Part shown: piece by piece, positions 26,184-39,751 of the stretch | How positions within the stretch are numbered: position 1 is the first letter of the stretch | Layout: every line of letters begins with the position of its first letter | Origin: Trichosphaerium sp. ATCC 40318 | Taxonomy: Eukaryota; Protista; Tubulinea | Length of the DNA: 64,000 nt | NCBI GenBank assembly: GCA_038496445.1 | Contig: JALMLS010000377.1 | Span: 248,001-312,000 of the forward strand | Direction of reading: 5' to 3' | The notes under the pieces: model-generated | Seen by the model: only the letters and a program-made list of their open reading frames with translations | Told to the model about the DNA's origin: nothing | Database searches by the model: none | Program-made: the position numbers and the translations under genes

Positions 26184-26605
26184 TAATAAACGGTGTTCCC
26201 TACATGATTTAGGAGGATAGTTTTGAGCCTCATCGAGCCAATATCAACACTAAAACAATAGACAATGTGGTCATAAATTTCACTTTGCAACTTGCATCTA
26301 AGAAAGTGTGTGCTGTTCAGTGGTTTAATACACGAAATGACTCGTGTTTAAAAACTTATCAACTTGCGAAACATGTATTCTAAGAATAGCAAAGGATAAC
26401 TGTGTAACACAGGACATGTGCTACCGCTAGAAACTTGCGTTTTTAGTGGAGTAGAGCACTCATAAGGTGTTTACGCATCGACTAGGGCCTACAGCAGATA
26501 GGGTGTTTAAGAAATGTGCACAACACTTAGCCAATATATTACTTAAGTGCAAAAATTCAAACCAACGAGTTTGTTGACACGTTGGAACAATTCTTGGTAC
26601 TGCTT

Positions 26606-28482
26606 ATGCGAACCTCACAAATTAAACTAGCCGGTGCGTAGCAGCAATTGATATAACCTTTCTCGTATTTTTAGTGGCTAACTTTTATTCTTTAGCTCGC
26701 TCGGTATCACGTGGTCTGCTGACATTACCAAACGATATTCAACTTTACATATGCTCGCTCGATAAAGAAGTTTATATAAAATATCACCTACTGTCTGCTG
26801 CAGCTGCTAAAAACACTCACTTTACGAATGATTTTAGAAAAAAGGGTACCTGGAAGCAGTGGTATTCAACAGGAGAGTTAAAGGCCATGATTCAACTACC
26901 TGTTGGCGAGGTAAAACATTGGCATAAAAACGGACAACTTCAGGCACATTGCTACCATAAAAACGGAAAGACACATGGAAAGGCATTGCAGTGGTATGAG
27001 AACGGGCAGCTGCAGCATCAATCATTCTATTTACAAGGCAAACTTCATGGTGAGAGAACGCAATGGCACTCGAATGGGCAGATTGCTGAACAATGCTTCT
27101 TTGAAAATGGAGAAGGGACAGGAAAGCATCAAGAGTGGTACGAAAACGGACAGACGGCAGTACAAGGAATGCTGAAAAACGACAAGTACGAAGGAATACT
27201 CCAAAAGTGGTATGAAAATGGTAATATGAAAGCATATACAAGCGTCACAGATGGAATAAAAGAAGGTGAAGTGAAAGAGTGGTATGAAAATGGCAAACTA
27301 AAGATACACCACTTTCGTCAATGCAAAAAAGTGGCGAGGTTTAGGAAAGAATATTTTGAGAATGGAAACCTTAAATCTTGTTTGTTCTTGGAAGATAGCA
27401 CAGATGACTTGTATAACCAAGAAATGATCAAAGAAGGTAACATTAAAACTATCGATGGCAAACAATGTCTAAAAGAAACGCACTACCACGAAAATGGAAC
27501 AAGAAAATTAGAAAAATTCTGTTGCAATGGTAAGCCTTACGGCACTGCAAAACAGTGGAATGAAGATGGCCAAATTACATCTTGTGTTGAGGTAAAGAAT
27601 GGCATACCGTATGGTAAGAGTGTCATTTACAAAGATGGGAATAAGATAATAAGTGCTATGTTCAAGAACGGAAAGAAGAATGGTAAATACAAGGAGTGGC
27701 ATAAAAATACACAACTGTCGTTATGTGCACACTTTGTTGATAACGTCATGGAAGGACTAGTGGAAGAATGGTATGAAAATGGACAAATGAAACAGGTTTA
27801 TACGATTCACAATGGCAAAAAAGAAGGAGAATGCAATTGCTGGTACAGTAATGGACAGTTATCATCTCAACGATTTTGGAAACACGGCTTAGAACATGGA
27901 GAATGTAGACAATGGTATGAAAATGGTAAATTACAAGTACGGGCTGTAGCAAAGAATGGTAAAACGGCAGGAAAGTATGAAGAGTTCTATGACAATGGAC
28001 AATTACACAAGCGCTTCTATGAATGGGATGATAAAGTACAAGGCGAAGTAAAACGTTGGCACAGGAATGGACAGCTGCATTTACAGTCCTATGTAAAGGA
28101 CAGTATTCCTCATGGAGAAGAAAAAGAATGGTACCCCAATGGACAAATGAAGCGATGTTTGACTCGTGTCAATGGAAAAGCCGAAGGTTTAGCTAGGATG
28201 TGGTATGAGTGTGGTCAAATTTACGTTAAGAACTTCTTCAAGGGAGGTAAGAAAGAAGGAGAGTACAAGGAATGGTACCAAAACGGGAATTTATGTACAC
28301 AATGCTACTTTGTGAACTCGAAGTATGAAGGAGAGTACAAAGAATGGTATGAGAATGGGCAAATGAAACTACAATGTATGACTAGAAATAACTTGGATAA
28401 TGGTGAGTACAAAGTATGGTATCAAAATGGAAAACTAAAGCTACAATGCGTGAAGAAGAATGGCAAAAAAGTACTCCAATAA
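26606..28482 (+). CDS. F-box-like N-terminus + about 20 MORN-variant (YwqK-like) repeats
   Basis: Short exon 1 (MRTSQIKLA) and one intron, then an uninterrupted exon of about 1.79 kb with LLTLPNDIQLYICSL and tandem units of about 24 aa of the form EWYENGQL..Y.NGK.EG.YK. Confidence 0.88.
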
Positions 28483-28721
28483 ATAACTAAATAATAAAGA
28501 AGCAATTCGTCGATAAATAAACTACCAATTTCTTATGTTCAGAAGTGAACCACGCTATAAAACGTATATACACTCTATTTAATGGCTATGATGCCGTAAA
28601 AATCAACAATTGTGTAGCTGTAGCAAAATTTGTTCTAAGAAAAAAGTTAATCGCTTATTCACTGATTGTAAACGATATTGAGAGCATTAGTCATCATTAC
28701 TAATACGCCAGTGGCGATACT

Positions 28722-28806
28722 ATGCTTCCCAGTGCCTCAAAGCGTTTGTAAAATCGACAGTAACCCCAGCACGAGTTTGTTGCAGCTACCGACAGAGATG
28801 TACTAA
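28722..28806 (+). pseudogene. Possible tiny 5' remnant of the F-box-like/MORN family
   Basis: Reads MLPSASKRL*..IDSNPSTSLLQLPTEM, similar to SRLLNLPMEL of the 8.6 kb copy. The match is very short. Confidence 0.3.
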
Positions 28807-29211
28807 CCGATAAAGTGTCAAAGCACTTGCAGGTGTTGATTGCACACCTTAATAGCACCGTGGTAACTGATGAAGGTAAGAAATCATTGTAACACTGCCC
28901 TCCAAAGCTTGGTCAATATAGCACCCTCTTAGCATAGTTATAATTTGCTCAATGTATGGTTTTTTCAAAAGCGGAACAACATCCACCTTAGGTTTACCAG
29001 TACAAATAACAAACCTAGAGCGTAACAAAGAGTCGTAAGGTAACAAGTTTGCTGTATGCATCCGGTTGAGGCTTCTTTGATTGCCAAATTCCATCACCCT
29101 GCTAATCCTTCAAACAAATTTCTTGAAATCAATCTGACGTGATTGAAAAAATGTCAATGTAAGCATTTTTTAAAAGCAGTACGAGGAATACACCACGGCA
29201 ATAAAATCAAT

Positions 29212-29640
29212 ATGGAAGTATCTCCCCAACAAAACGGCAAGTGCTTGTATGAGACGTTACCAGCTCACAACGTATAATGTCGCCGTTGTTCTAGTGAACC
29301 TGCAATAGATGCACCAACAAGATTACAATCATCTTGCAAACTTATTATCGATCTAGATTCTGAAGTGTACTTAAAATGGCCTCTGCTTGAGGTTTGATAA
29401 TGATTTGAAGAAACATGGTAAATGGAAGCAGTTTAAAGTTTTGAGTTACTTGTCAGGATGTTGTATGATACACGCAATATCACTTGCAAATATGAAATCA
29501 TACAAGAAGAGTATTGAAGTCATGGTAAGCTACATGAAGAGTTTAAAGAGTGGTATGGCAATGGTCAATTATACGAGTACAAACAATGGTATGTAAATAC
29601 TCAATTAGAAATACAACGTACATTTGTGTATGGCAAAGAA
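29212..29640 (+). pseudogene. Truncated F-box-like/MORN-variant paralog
   Basis: Near-identical DNA to the 8.5-8.9 kb copy (attatcgatctagat..gaagtgtactta; ttgaagaaacatgg.aaatggaagca; gcaatatcacttg.aaatatgaaatcata). It contains stops and deletions. Confidence 0.75.
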
Positions 29641-30025
29641 GGAGATCTATTATTAAATACTAAGCTATGGATATTGTTGCCAGTTTCTGTACAATAAATA
29701 TCGCTTGCGTGGCCTTTTTATCAGTAAGAGTAGTGTTTAGATCTTGTAGGTAAAGCAAACTTACTGTATCTTGCAAATTTATTTTGATAAATTAGGCTAC
29801 TTAGGGTCTAATGCAATAAACTGTTTCAATGACGCAATAATGTATGCAATAACTTGATGACATGAATTACATGCATGGTACAAGCTTACTACATCGTATT
29901 TTTTCGCTCCTTTATGTCGCTAACGAAATCCAAACAAAAAAACTGCCACGTGACACTTGGCGTAGCAAAAAAGGGAAATGTGTACTTCTTTGCATGCGCT
30001 TAATTCTGTTGTTTTTTTAGCCACC

Positions 30026-33000
30026 ATGCAGAAGGAGCAGCCCTACGAAGTGCGCGTGCACGTTATAGAAGCGCGCGATCTTCTACCCAGGCACGTTTTA
30101 ATTAACTTCTCGCCTCTTGTTTATAAACATAATTCTGTACAGAGATGGAAACGGTATGTCTGATCCTGTGTGCTATGTAACGGCGTTTGGTAAAACTCAG
30201 AAGACAAAGGTGATGATCTCATCAAAAAAAAACTTTACAACACTTTTTCCTTTGACGCTAAATTAACGTTCTACAGGTGCACAATAAGACAACCAACGTC
30301 ACATTCGATAGATGGTTTATATTCAAGAGTAAACATGAGATAACACCTGAAGCTCTCGCAAGAGAGAAGCTTAAGTTCGTTGTATATGATGCCAACGTAA
30401 TTTTGAGAAACACGCAGATAGGTAAGGGACATAATTCCATAATTGTGTCGCACAAACGCTTTCTTTTTCGTAGGTTCTCATGTTATTGATATGGGTCACG
30501 TTCATAAACAGAAAGGACACGAAATTTTCGCAAAGTGGCTCGTTTTGGCCGATAAAAAACATGAAGGCGTACAAGTACGGAAAATCACGCCTCTTCGGTC
30601 ACGTGATAGCGAATAAAGGTGTTAGGGTTATCTAAAAATTACTGCTGTTGTTCTTGGACCAGGAGATCTTCCTTTACCTCACGACGAAGGAGAAGAGTTT
30701 CAGGATGAACAACATGGCGATTCGCTTCAATCTATGGTATCTTGTCATTTTGAGAAAAGGAAAAAAAACGCTTTAAAACTGACATTTCTTAGCTTTTGGT
30801 GCCACCTTCACTTGCAGTAGAAGATTGGACACTTAGTATTAAATGCCATGAAGCTACATTTTTGCCTAAAACTGACTGTACGTCATTTTAATTCAGTATT
30901 GCTTGAAACATAGTGCTAAAAACTGTTTTTTTTTAAAGTGTCAAAGAGTGATCCGTATCTATCTGTTCATTTTGGTGGTAATAGATTACGAACGCACCAC
31001 AAGAAAAAAACGCTATCACCTGTATGGAATGAAGAGCTATTGTTTCCATTTGTCCGACCAACGTAAGCAATATTTTATCATTGGGATTAGTAATACTTAA
31101 CTTGTATAAACATAGTATGTCCGATGCAATCAAAATTGAGCTTTGGGATGACGATACCCTGGTAACCCTTTCCTCTTTACAACTAGTATATACTTACTTA
31201 TATTTATTAAGAGGCGAGATGACTATGTTGCATGCATATTCTATTCATTAAAAGACCTAATTGATAAAGCAAAAAATCCAGGTAAAAATAAGAAAAAAAG
31301 CCCACTTCTCTTTTCAGTTGTTTAACAAAGCTAAGGTCTTCATTGGTGCAACATCTATTATGACCCTGATGAAAAGAAACTTGTACAAGCAGATTCAAGT
31401 CTTTGTCGTGGAATGATGCTACTTGACTTGAAAGTCATTAAAAGACAAACTAAAAAAGTACGTCAACAAGTAAAATGTTTTTGCAATGCTGACTTGGGTT
31501 CTAGCCAAATGTCAAACCTTGTTCTGGGCCTGCTCGACCAGCAGATATTAGATACTCCCTTTTAGTAGGCAAGTAATTACATAGAGATGATAGAACTAAC
31601 TAGTTTGCACATAGATGTATTTGAAGCCGCAAACATTCCTTCAAATGAAAAGATTTTTGTTAGCGCTCAAATAGGAAATGCAGGGACGATAGTAACATCT
31701 AAGCAAATGCCAACTAGGGTACAAAATCCTTTCATAAAAGCCGTGTTAATTTAGTACTAAATCATCCTATTTTAGAATGGAACATCACGTTTTTTTGAGC
31801 AACTCAATCCACTTAATATATCTTTACCGCAAAAAAAGGAATCACTGCCAGATATTTTCATACACGTCACAAAAAAAAAACAGAAGCGTATTGGTTATGT
31901 TAGAGTCAAGGTACACCTTCAATATTAGCATAATATTTACACGTGACACTTTAGCCAACCGATCTCACTACACAAGGCGAACCAAAGTGGGTACGTTGAA
32001 AAATAACCAATAAGAGTTGAAAGGCTAGAACTTTAAAATACAGCGTATCTTTAGCTACCTTTGTAATTATGTTAACTCTACGTAGTATGAACTCGAACCA
32101 GATCCATGGACTAAATATAAAGAACATAAAGTGCCGGGCAATATACTAATCCGTCTATCATTTGGTCTACATAATGTACAATGACTTAATCAAACTGAAC
32201 TCCTCTGATTTTTTTGTTTGCAGGAGGTTTCATCTCACAATAGACCATCAGCGGATCCTCTCAAATTAATACCTTACGAAATCCGTGCTCACGTTTATCA
32301 AGCAAAAAATCTGTCTCCAAAAGATACCAATGGCTCATCAGATCCGTAAGTATCTTGTAAAAATTTTTTTGGCTATCATGCTAAAATGTTTAGATTTGTT
32401 TCTGTTCAAATGGGCAAGGTCAAGACAAGAACATCTATAAAGGAAGATACACTGTTTCCATTGTGGTATGAAACGAATGTCCTTAATGTTGAACTACCGA
32501 CAGACTTATCGCATGCACCATTAGTCACGGTGAAGGTAAGTAAAAACCCATCAACACTCACGCAAGAAAGTAGAAAATTAAACTGCTATAGGTTTGGGAC
32601 GATGACCCTCTTGGAGATGATTTTATTGGGCGTATTGAAGTACCTGTTACGCAAATGTCACCAGAGTACCAGAAAAAACCAAAATGGTACGCCCACGTGC
32701 TATCACTGGAAACAGATTTTCAAAGCAATCACGTTTAGTGATTTCCGAGTTATTGGTGAACTAATCAAATTAGGTATACACTTACAAGTGGAAAGGGTGC
32801 ATTTGAAGGAGAGATATTATTGGGTTTCCAATTAATTCCAAAGGACAGTAGTTCTAAGTATCCAGTTGTCGATATAAAACCAGAACTCATTGATTGTGTT
32901 GTTGAGGTTGATGTTGTCAGTATTCGCGAACTTGTACACTACGCGTACGATACTATATTAAGATACCTTCAATTTGTTCGTACTTAACATGTATTACTTA

Positions 33001-35878
33001 GGTCGTTACCATGTAACAAACCATACCTCCGCCTAACGATTGGAGATGAACAAAAGAAAGGAAGTAAAAACCCTCTTGGTTTGGCTCTTCCAAACATCCT
33101 AAAGAAAAAATCTATGAAGTGCAGCCATGTCCAGTCGAGAGTACCTCAATCAAAGAGCAGTGGAAATAGCTGCGAAGTACTACAGGCAAGACTTCCTTAC
33201 ATTTGTACTAACTTTTTTCGTTTTTTTGCTCCCATCTCGAATTCAAATGGACACATTTTACCCGTTATTTGTTTTTGTGTAAGTGATGATTTATTTACTT
33301 CGATTAGACTCTTGTTCTTGAATGTCGACTCCCTAAAGACCCACTTTTCGCTCCTTCTTTGAACTTTAAAATGTTCGATAGCAGGAAACTTCAAGTTGAT
33401 CCTGTTGTTGGATACACATCTGTTAGTCTTGGAGAATACTGCCCATGGAACCCTAATCAAGAACATCAAAATACACACGTAGATCAAAACAAAGGGAAAA
33501 TAGTAAAGATTGAGGTGCCTCCTGATAAGGACGCGTTCCAAGAGGTAACAAAAAACAGTTGTATTTTTTGACTTTCATGTCGATTTTCTTTATCAACTAA
33601 CATATGGTTATTAGGCAGCAGAAGCTGCTGAGGGTATGCCAAGGCCTGTACAATTAGATATACCATCTTTCAACGTTGTGAAGCCTGGCGCTTCTGAAGA
33701 CACACCATTGCTTGTAACTGGTGAAGAGACAAATCTTGAAACTGTCATAGGTTCTCTTGTTATTAGTGCTTTTCAACTCTTGATTTACTTACAACTATCG
33801 CAGATAGCTTAGAGTCTAGGGAGGCTGATATACCACCAGCAGAGCTTAATATTGACGAGATCGAAGGTGAAGTTAATGACGAAGACCAAGTCGAACTTGA
33901 TGGTGCGTTGTTTATAAATATTGAAGCTTACTTAGTAATAGACGGTGCTGGTGTTCCAGGACTTCCTCGTGCTGAAGATGGCACTATCTTAGAAGAAGGA
34001 GAAGATGAAATAAAGATTGGTGATGGTAAAAGAATAAGGACAGGAGCACTTGAGAGGAAGATTACGCCAAGATTTGAAGAGTTTGATTTATTCAGAGAAC
34101 AGATTTTATTGAAGCAATGGTTTGTTGATAAGAACTCTCGTTTAGTCGAAGCTGGTATTGTTAAAGTACGCATGAATAGTATTAAGAGATACTAATTAAG
34201 GTTAGGCAAGCGTCAACGTTCATCAAAAGGAAACGTGGAAGCCAGGTCATGACGTATCTCAATTACTTCAACCAGAAACAGTTAAAGTTAGAATATACAT
34301 TCTTCGTGGTCTTGGACTTGTACCTGCAGATAAGAACGGAAAAGCTGATCCATATGTCGTTATAGATAATGGAACAAAGGGCGGTAAGCAAAATTAAAGC
34401 TCGACTTTAAAGGAGGATGCTAATGTAAGTTTTCTTTCTCAAGGCTTTCCAAATATCAACGATATCCAAAAAGTGCAACTGGAAACACTATTCCCTTCGT
34501 TCTACGAATGCTATGAATTCTCAATGACAATGCCTGATAAATCTGGTCGTGTACATGTGAGTCTTTGGGATCATGATCCAGGCAAATTCGAGACAGATGA
34601 TCTCATCGGAACAACTGTAATAGACCTTGGAGACAGGCAAGAGCGCTTAATTTGATGTGTGACTTAACAGTTTTTCAAGGTGGTACAGCAAAGAGTGGAG
34701 AGCACTTAAAAAGAAACCTATTGAAAGAAGACCTTTGTTTATCGATACTTCAAAATGTGCACAGGTAAAAAATGGTTTTCGCGCACGTGATTTTGTTTGA
34801 CATAACCGATTTTTATCAAATAGGGATTGCTTGAACTTTGGGTAGATATTCTGACAACAGAAGAAGCTTCTCGTACACCAATCGAAGATATCAAACCACC
34901 TGGTAGATTTAGTCTACATTAGAAGTTCTCTCTAAGTATAATTTTTTAAGGTCCACAACAATGGCAACTAAGGATGTGTATCTGGGATGCTCATGATGTA
35001 CCAGCAATGGATAACTTTGTATGACTATTTTCAGAAGATAAATCGTTTGTAATTAGTTAACCTTATAAACAGGGCTCAAGTGATGTATACGTACTGGGAA
35101 AGATGCACGGACAAAAAGCTCAAACGACAGATACCAACTGGTTCAGTAAAGATGGTATCCACACCGAAAATTGACACCAAACGAAACCATTCACTTTGAA
35201 ATAGGAAAATGTTATTGGAACTGGCGTATGGTATGGAATGTTACAGTACCTCAAAAGATATCACGTTGGACTGTTCAAGTATGGGATAAAGATGTATTTA
35301 ATCCAGATGATGCTATAGCAGAAGGTGTTATTGACTTTGGAGGATTCTTTAAGAAGGTACTTAGAACAGACGCTGCAAGTGTAAAAAACTGACTTCGAAA
35401 AGGCGTTTTATTCAAAAGAACAAAAATTATCTCTGAAGAAACAAGAACTTGTCTTGGCGCATTCTGGTGCTAGAAACGAGAAACGAGTACGTGTTTTTGT
35501 TGTCGGTTATTAGCATCAACTAACTTATTGCTACAGGGTGTCCTTGTCGTTAGTCTTGACCTAGTTACAGCTGAATACGCTGCTAAAAACGAAGGTGAGC
35601 TCACGTGTTTTTTACTCTTTTTTGTTCTGACTGTCTTTGCGTTTTTAGTTGGTATTGGTCGTAGTGAACCCAATAGAGATCCTTATCTACCTGATCCACC
35701 TCGTCCTGCTAGCTCTTTTAATCCATTCCGTATTGATAAATGGTTTAACTTTGGATGGAAAAAGTATAGATGCAGAGTAATTACATGTTGCATAATTTGT
35801 CTTGTACTTATCTTGGCTGCTGGTCTTCCAACATTGTTTGGATTCCTTGGATTTATCCCTGGTTTCCCATCACTATAA
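30026..35878 (+). CDS. Ferlin (multi-C2-domain, tail-anchored membrane protein)
   Basis: Repeated C2 motifs (VHVIEARDL..SDP, HVYQAKNL..SSDP, GLVPADKNGKADPY, WDHD, WNWRMVW..QVWDKD), GIGRSEPNRDPYLPDPPRP and a C-terminal TM helix. Confidence 0.92.
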
Positions 35879-36004
35879 AAAAAGGACCTCTAAGAGACTA
35901 AGGCCCATTACAAAGTAGTATAAACTTCAGTGAATAACTTGAACACGTGTTAAGAATTATCATTCTTACTTTCTGGTTTTCTTAATTTTCTCGCAAAAAA
36001 AGAT

Positions 36005-38225
36005 ATGAACGCATTCTGTACCCATACTGTCATTGCCTACATATTCTTTACATCATTTACATTCTCAATCTCCATACACGTTTTTTTTAAACGGACACGT
36101 TGCTCGTTCTTTGAATTTTCAGTTCCGATCTTCTTTTTATTTTGTCAAAACACTTGCCCCAGGAACCTATGTCAACTTACATAAAAGCAAAAACTTCATC
36201 GCTAGGCGACAGTACGCTTCACACTTTGTTGCAACTGGTTTAAAGTGGTATTGATCCATGTGTAGTTAAACTTGATGCTGAGCCAACATCTACGCATAAT
36301 CTTGTGATTTACTCCCTTTACGTTCGAAACCAAACGGCTGAAGGTGTGTTTGCTTGAAACGCCGGCTATGTTAGTTGAATTAATTGTTTAGGCACTTTCA
36401 AAGCTGCAGCAGGCGATCTAGGCCGTATTAAAGCCCTTAAGTACGTATTCAGTTTCAACAATACGTTAACGTTCTTGTTAGCGTTGATTACGTGTGGTTA
36501 TTGCCAATACACCCAATTGGCGTCGTAGACAAAAAAGTACGTTGCTCTTTCGTGCCATACCTTGTTCATAACCCTAACAGGGTTCTCTGGGCTGTCCATA
36601 TGCTATCAAAGACTATAAAGCCGTTAATCCAGGTAATGAACCAAAGAAACCTAAGCACAGCTTCGTACTAAAAACGAACTTTTTTTTTGAAGAATATGGC
36701 TCTCTGGAAGACTTTAAAGAGTTTGTAAAAACGGCTCATGATCTTGGTTTGAAAGTCATGATAGATGTTGTCTACAACCACACTTCTCCTGATTCGCCTT
36801 GCACATCAAACCATACTGTAAGTTGTGTTGTAGAAAATTTTTTTTCGAAGGCCATCATAGCTTGCTGACTTGCTATTTTTAAGGATTGGTATAGGTTAGA
36901 TGATGAAGGCAAACCTACAAGATCTAATCCAAGATGGTCAGACATTGTTGAATTCTCGTGGTCTGATAAGAATGGCACAACTCTTATTCTTTTTTTTTGT
37001 TTTTATCACGTGACTAACATATGTTTTCTTTTAGGCAATTGGATTATTAATGACGAGCTTTGCTCGTATCTGATAGATGCTCTTGTTCATTGGACAAATA
37101 TTGGCGTCGATGGATTCCGTTGTGATGTTGCAGGCAACATCCCTTTAACTTTTTGGAAAGATGCAAAAAAAGCAGTTTCTAAAGTAAACCCTAAAGTCAT
37201 CTGGCTTGCCGAGTCTGCAGCTCCAGTGATAATAGAAAAACGGTATGAAAGTATAGTCAAGCGTTAAATTTGATGTACTGATTTATTATAGACGTACTCT
37301 TGGGTACCCAAATGTTACAACACCGGAACTATTTACAGTGTTTGATCTTTGCTATGACTATGAATTGTTCGCGCTTTTCATACACGCAGTCTGTACTAAT
37401 GATAACAATGAGAACTTGAAGACATTTTTAATGCTTCAACGTTATCAACCTACAATGTACCCAGCTTCAGCCAGTGTAATGCACTTTGTTGAAAACCACG
37501 ACACACCACGTTTCAACTCTGTTGTTTCTCAGGATAATATCGCACGTGCTTGGACTGCTTTTCAAGCTTTTCTACCTGGAGCAATGCTTTTACATGGTGG
37601 ACAAGAGTCTAACGCTACAAAAACACCCTCGTTGTTCGAGAAGGCACGTAAAGCGAAAGGATTTAAAGAGAAGGAAATAGTGGTTTTTAGTTTGATTGTT
37701 TACATTTTTTGGGTTAGGATTCGATTCCTTGGAGATCGTATGGGACGTCAGATTTTCTTTCAAGGATATGCTTGGTAAAGAAACATAAGGCTTGTGGTGG
37801 GTTTTTTAATGTCATCAGTGAAAAACCACATATTGTCGCACAATGGAGATGTAAAACAGATAAAAAGTCAGGTCTGCTTGGTATATTTAATGTAACTGGT
37901 AAAAGTAGTGTGAAACCAAAGATTCCGCTATCAGACGGACAATATCTTGACCTCATCTCAGGTACCCATTTGTGCCTTGATAGCGTCTTTTTAACTGCAC
38001 AGTTTCCTAAGAACTAACAATGTTTAAGGTCAACAAATCAATGTTGCTTCTCGTACATGTCGTGTCACTGGGCCAGCAATGGTTTTGGAGTACTTGGACA
38101 AAATGATATTTGATCGACTCTCAAACACCATCATGGATAGAAGGCGTAGGAGTAATAACGATTCCACCAAAAAAGGCAGAGGTCGCGGAGGTAGACAAAA
38201 AGGAAGAAGAGGAAGACTTCAGTAA
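36005..38225 (+). CDS. GH13 alpha-amylase-family glycoside hydrolase (start uncertain)
   Basis: IYSLYVRN, VWLLPIHPIG, GCPYAIKDY, DVVYNHT, VDGFRCDVA, WLAES and FVENHD catalytic motifs. Confidence 0.9.
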
Positions 38226-38470
38226 AATAATACAGCAGTATTACAAAATGTCAATAAAAAATGGTTCTCAGGCAAAGAAAATCAAAATCAAAATCACGTG
38301 TCTCTAAAGGTTGTTATACGTAATGTTGTCTACATCTAGCTAAATCAGAGGATGATTTCTTCGCCTTTTGCTTTTAAAGTAGCGTGGTAGTCTGTTAACA
38401 ACTTACTAATTATTTTATTCTGGTATTTTTTAGCTTACACCTACAACCAGTATCTCTTTACTGACTATAT

Positions 38471-39578
38471 TCAAATCCTTCTAACACAAGGCATACGACC
38501 ATTACTGTATACTGGAGGTGTTACTTCTAGTCCAGGATAATAACTGAAAGTTGTATGAAAATCGAATGTAAAGGTACCAGCATTAATCCTGCTTGCTATT
38601 TAAAAACAAGAATGAGTATAATAAAATACAACATTAAGTACACTACAAATAACCTCTTTTATATAGCGTACCATCAATCTTGTTAACATGTGTAACTCGC
38701 CCAGTTTGTGCATATACCCCAAGTAGCGTATCACTTATGCGCGTAAGAGAAAATATGACGCCTGTAAAAGTACTGAACGGTGTCAAGCTGGCTGCACTTA
38801 TCCGACATGTGTCTTCAGTAAGCAAAGAAGTATCAAATGAAGATATAGTTGCTCGATTATTAGATGGTTGGCGTGTCACTATATACGTTGTACTACCATC
38901 AATCTCAACTAGGGAAATAGTATTGGACTTCAACCTTAAAAAAAATGACTTCGTACATGCATCAATTGGACGTAAAGATTCTAGAATACATATGTCTGTC
39001 CTATCTTTGATACAAGAACCGCCAGGTGTTATGTCAATAGTGTAACGAACAAATCTTGACTCATTGGAATCTAAGACAACAAAGTTGTTTTCGTCAATGA
39101 AGTTTCCACCGGCCGGGTTTGCAGGTACATTCGCTGCAGCGCTTGTGCAAAGAACGGTACCTTCTGCCACATCAAGGATGGATACGGAAGGATTAGTTCC
39201 AAATGTAAGTATCATAGAGCCATCAAGAGAAGGAACTGTGACGACATTAGTATAAATTTTTGCTTGTCACGTGACTAACACGTGACTAGCTTGCAATATG
39301 CTAAGGTTAAATTTACCTGCGGCGGCTATGCTTCCTTGAAAAAATATTGGCTCTGGAAAATCAAACAACCTTTCTAATTGGATTAAGGAGTTCAGGAGTA
39401 CCAAAAAACAAGGCCTACCATTAGTAAAATCTAGATCTAGTTGTGATAGTACAATAGCCCCAGGTGCTATTTCAGAGCGAATGACGCTTTCTGGTATTTG
39501 AGCGGATGAAGAAGCGCACAGAATGAACCCAAGCGCTGCGTAACACGATATTAAGGCGAATGTGCGTTTTGCGAGCAT
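38471..39578 (-). CDS. Secreted protein of unknown function (beta-rich)
   Basis: Signal peptide MLAKRTFALISCYAALGFILCASSSA. Exons join through canonical GT-AG introns. No family recognised. Confidence 0.55.
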
Positions 39579-39670
39579 TGTTGTTTTATGGTTTGTTGCT
39601 AGCAATTTTGGCTTTTAACAAGCGAACTTGTGAATGGGCTTATTTGTCGCTCTTGGTCAAGACATCATTT

Positions 39671-39751
39671 CGTCACAGGTACTTCTCTTGATGGCTCTAT
39701 GATACTTACATTGGGCACTAATCCTTCCATGTCCATTGATGCAACATGAAG
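39671..39751 (+). repeat. Inverted, diverged copy of exon sequence 39161-39243
   Basis: cgtcacagg.acttctcttgatggctctatgatacttacatt.gg.actaatccttcc matches the reverse complement of 39161-39243. Confidence 0.85.

Noticed and set aside
26900-28460. Periodic repeats of about 72 bp resembling a CRISPR or satellite array
   Set aside because: They are degenerate in-frame protein (MORN-variant) repeats.
28849-29097. Minus-strand ORF with KVDVVP, like an NTase third-Asp motif (second OAS fragment?)
   Set aside because: No GS/DxD or other OAS motifs in flanking frames.
35155-35162. GTATCC donor as a possible U12 intron
   Set aside because: It continues AC rather than TT and has no TCCTTAAC branch site.
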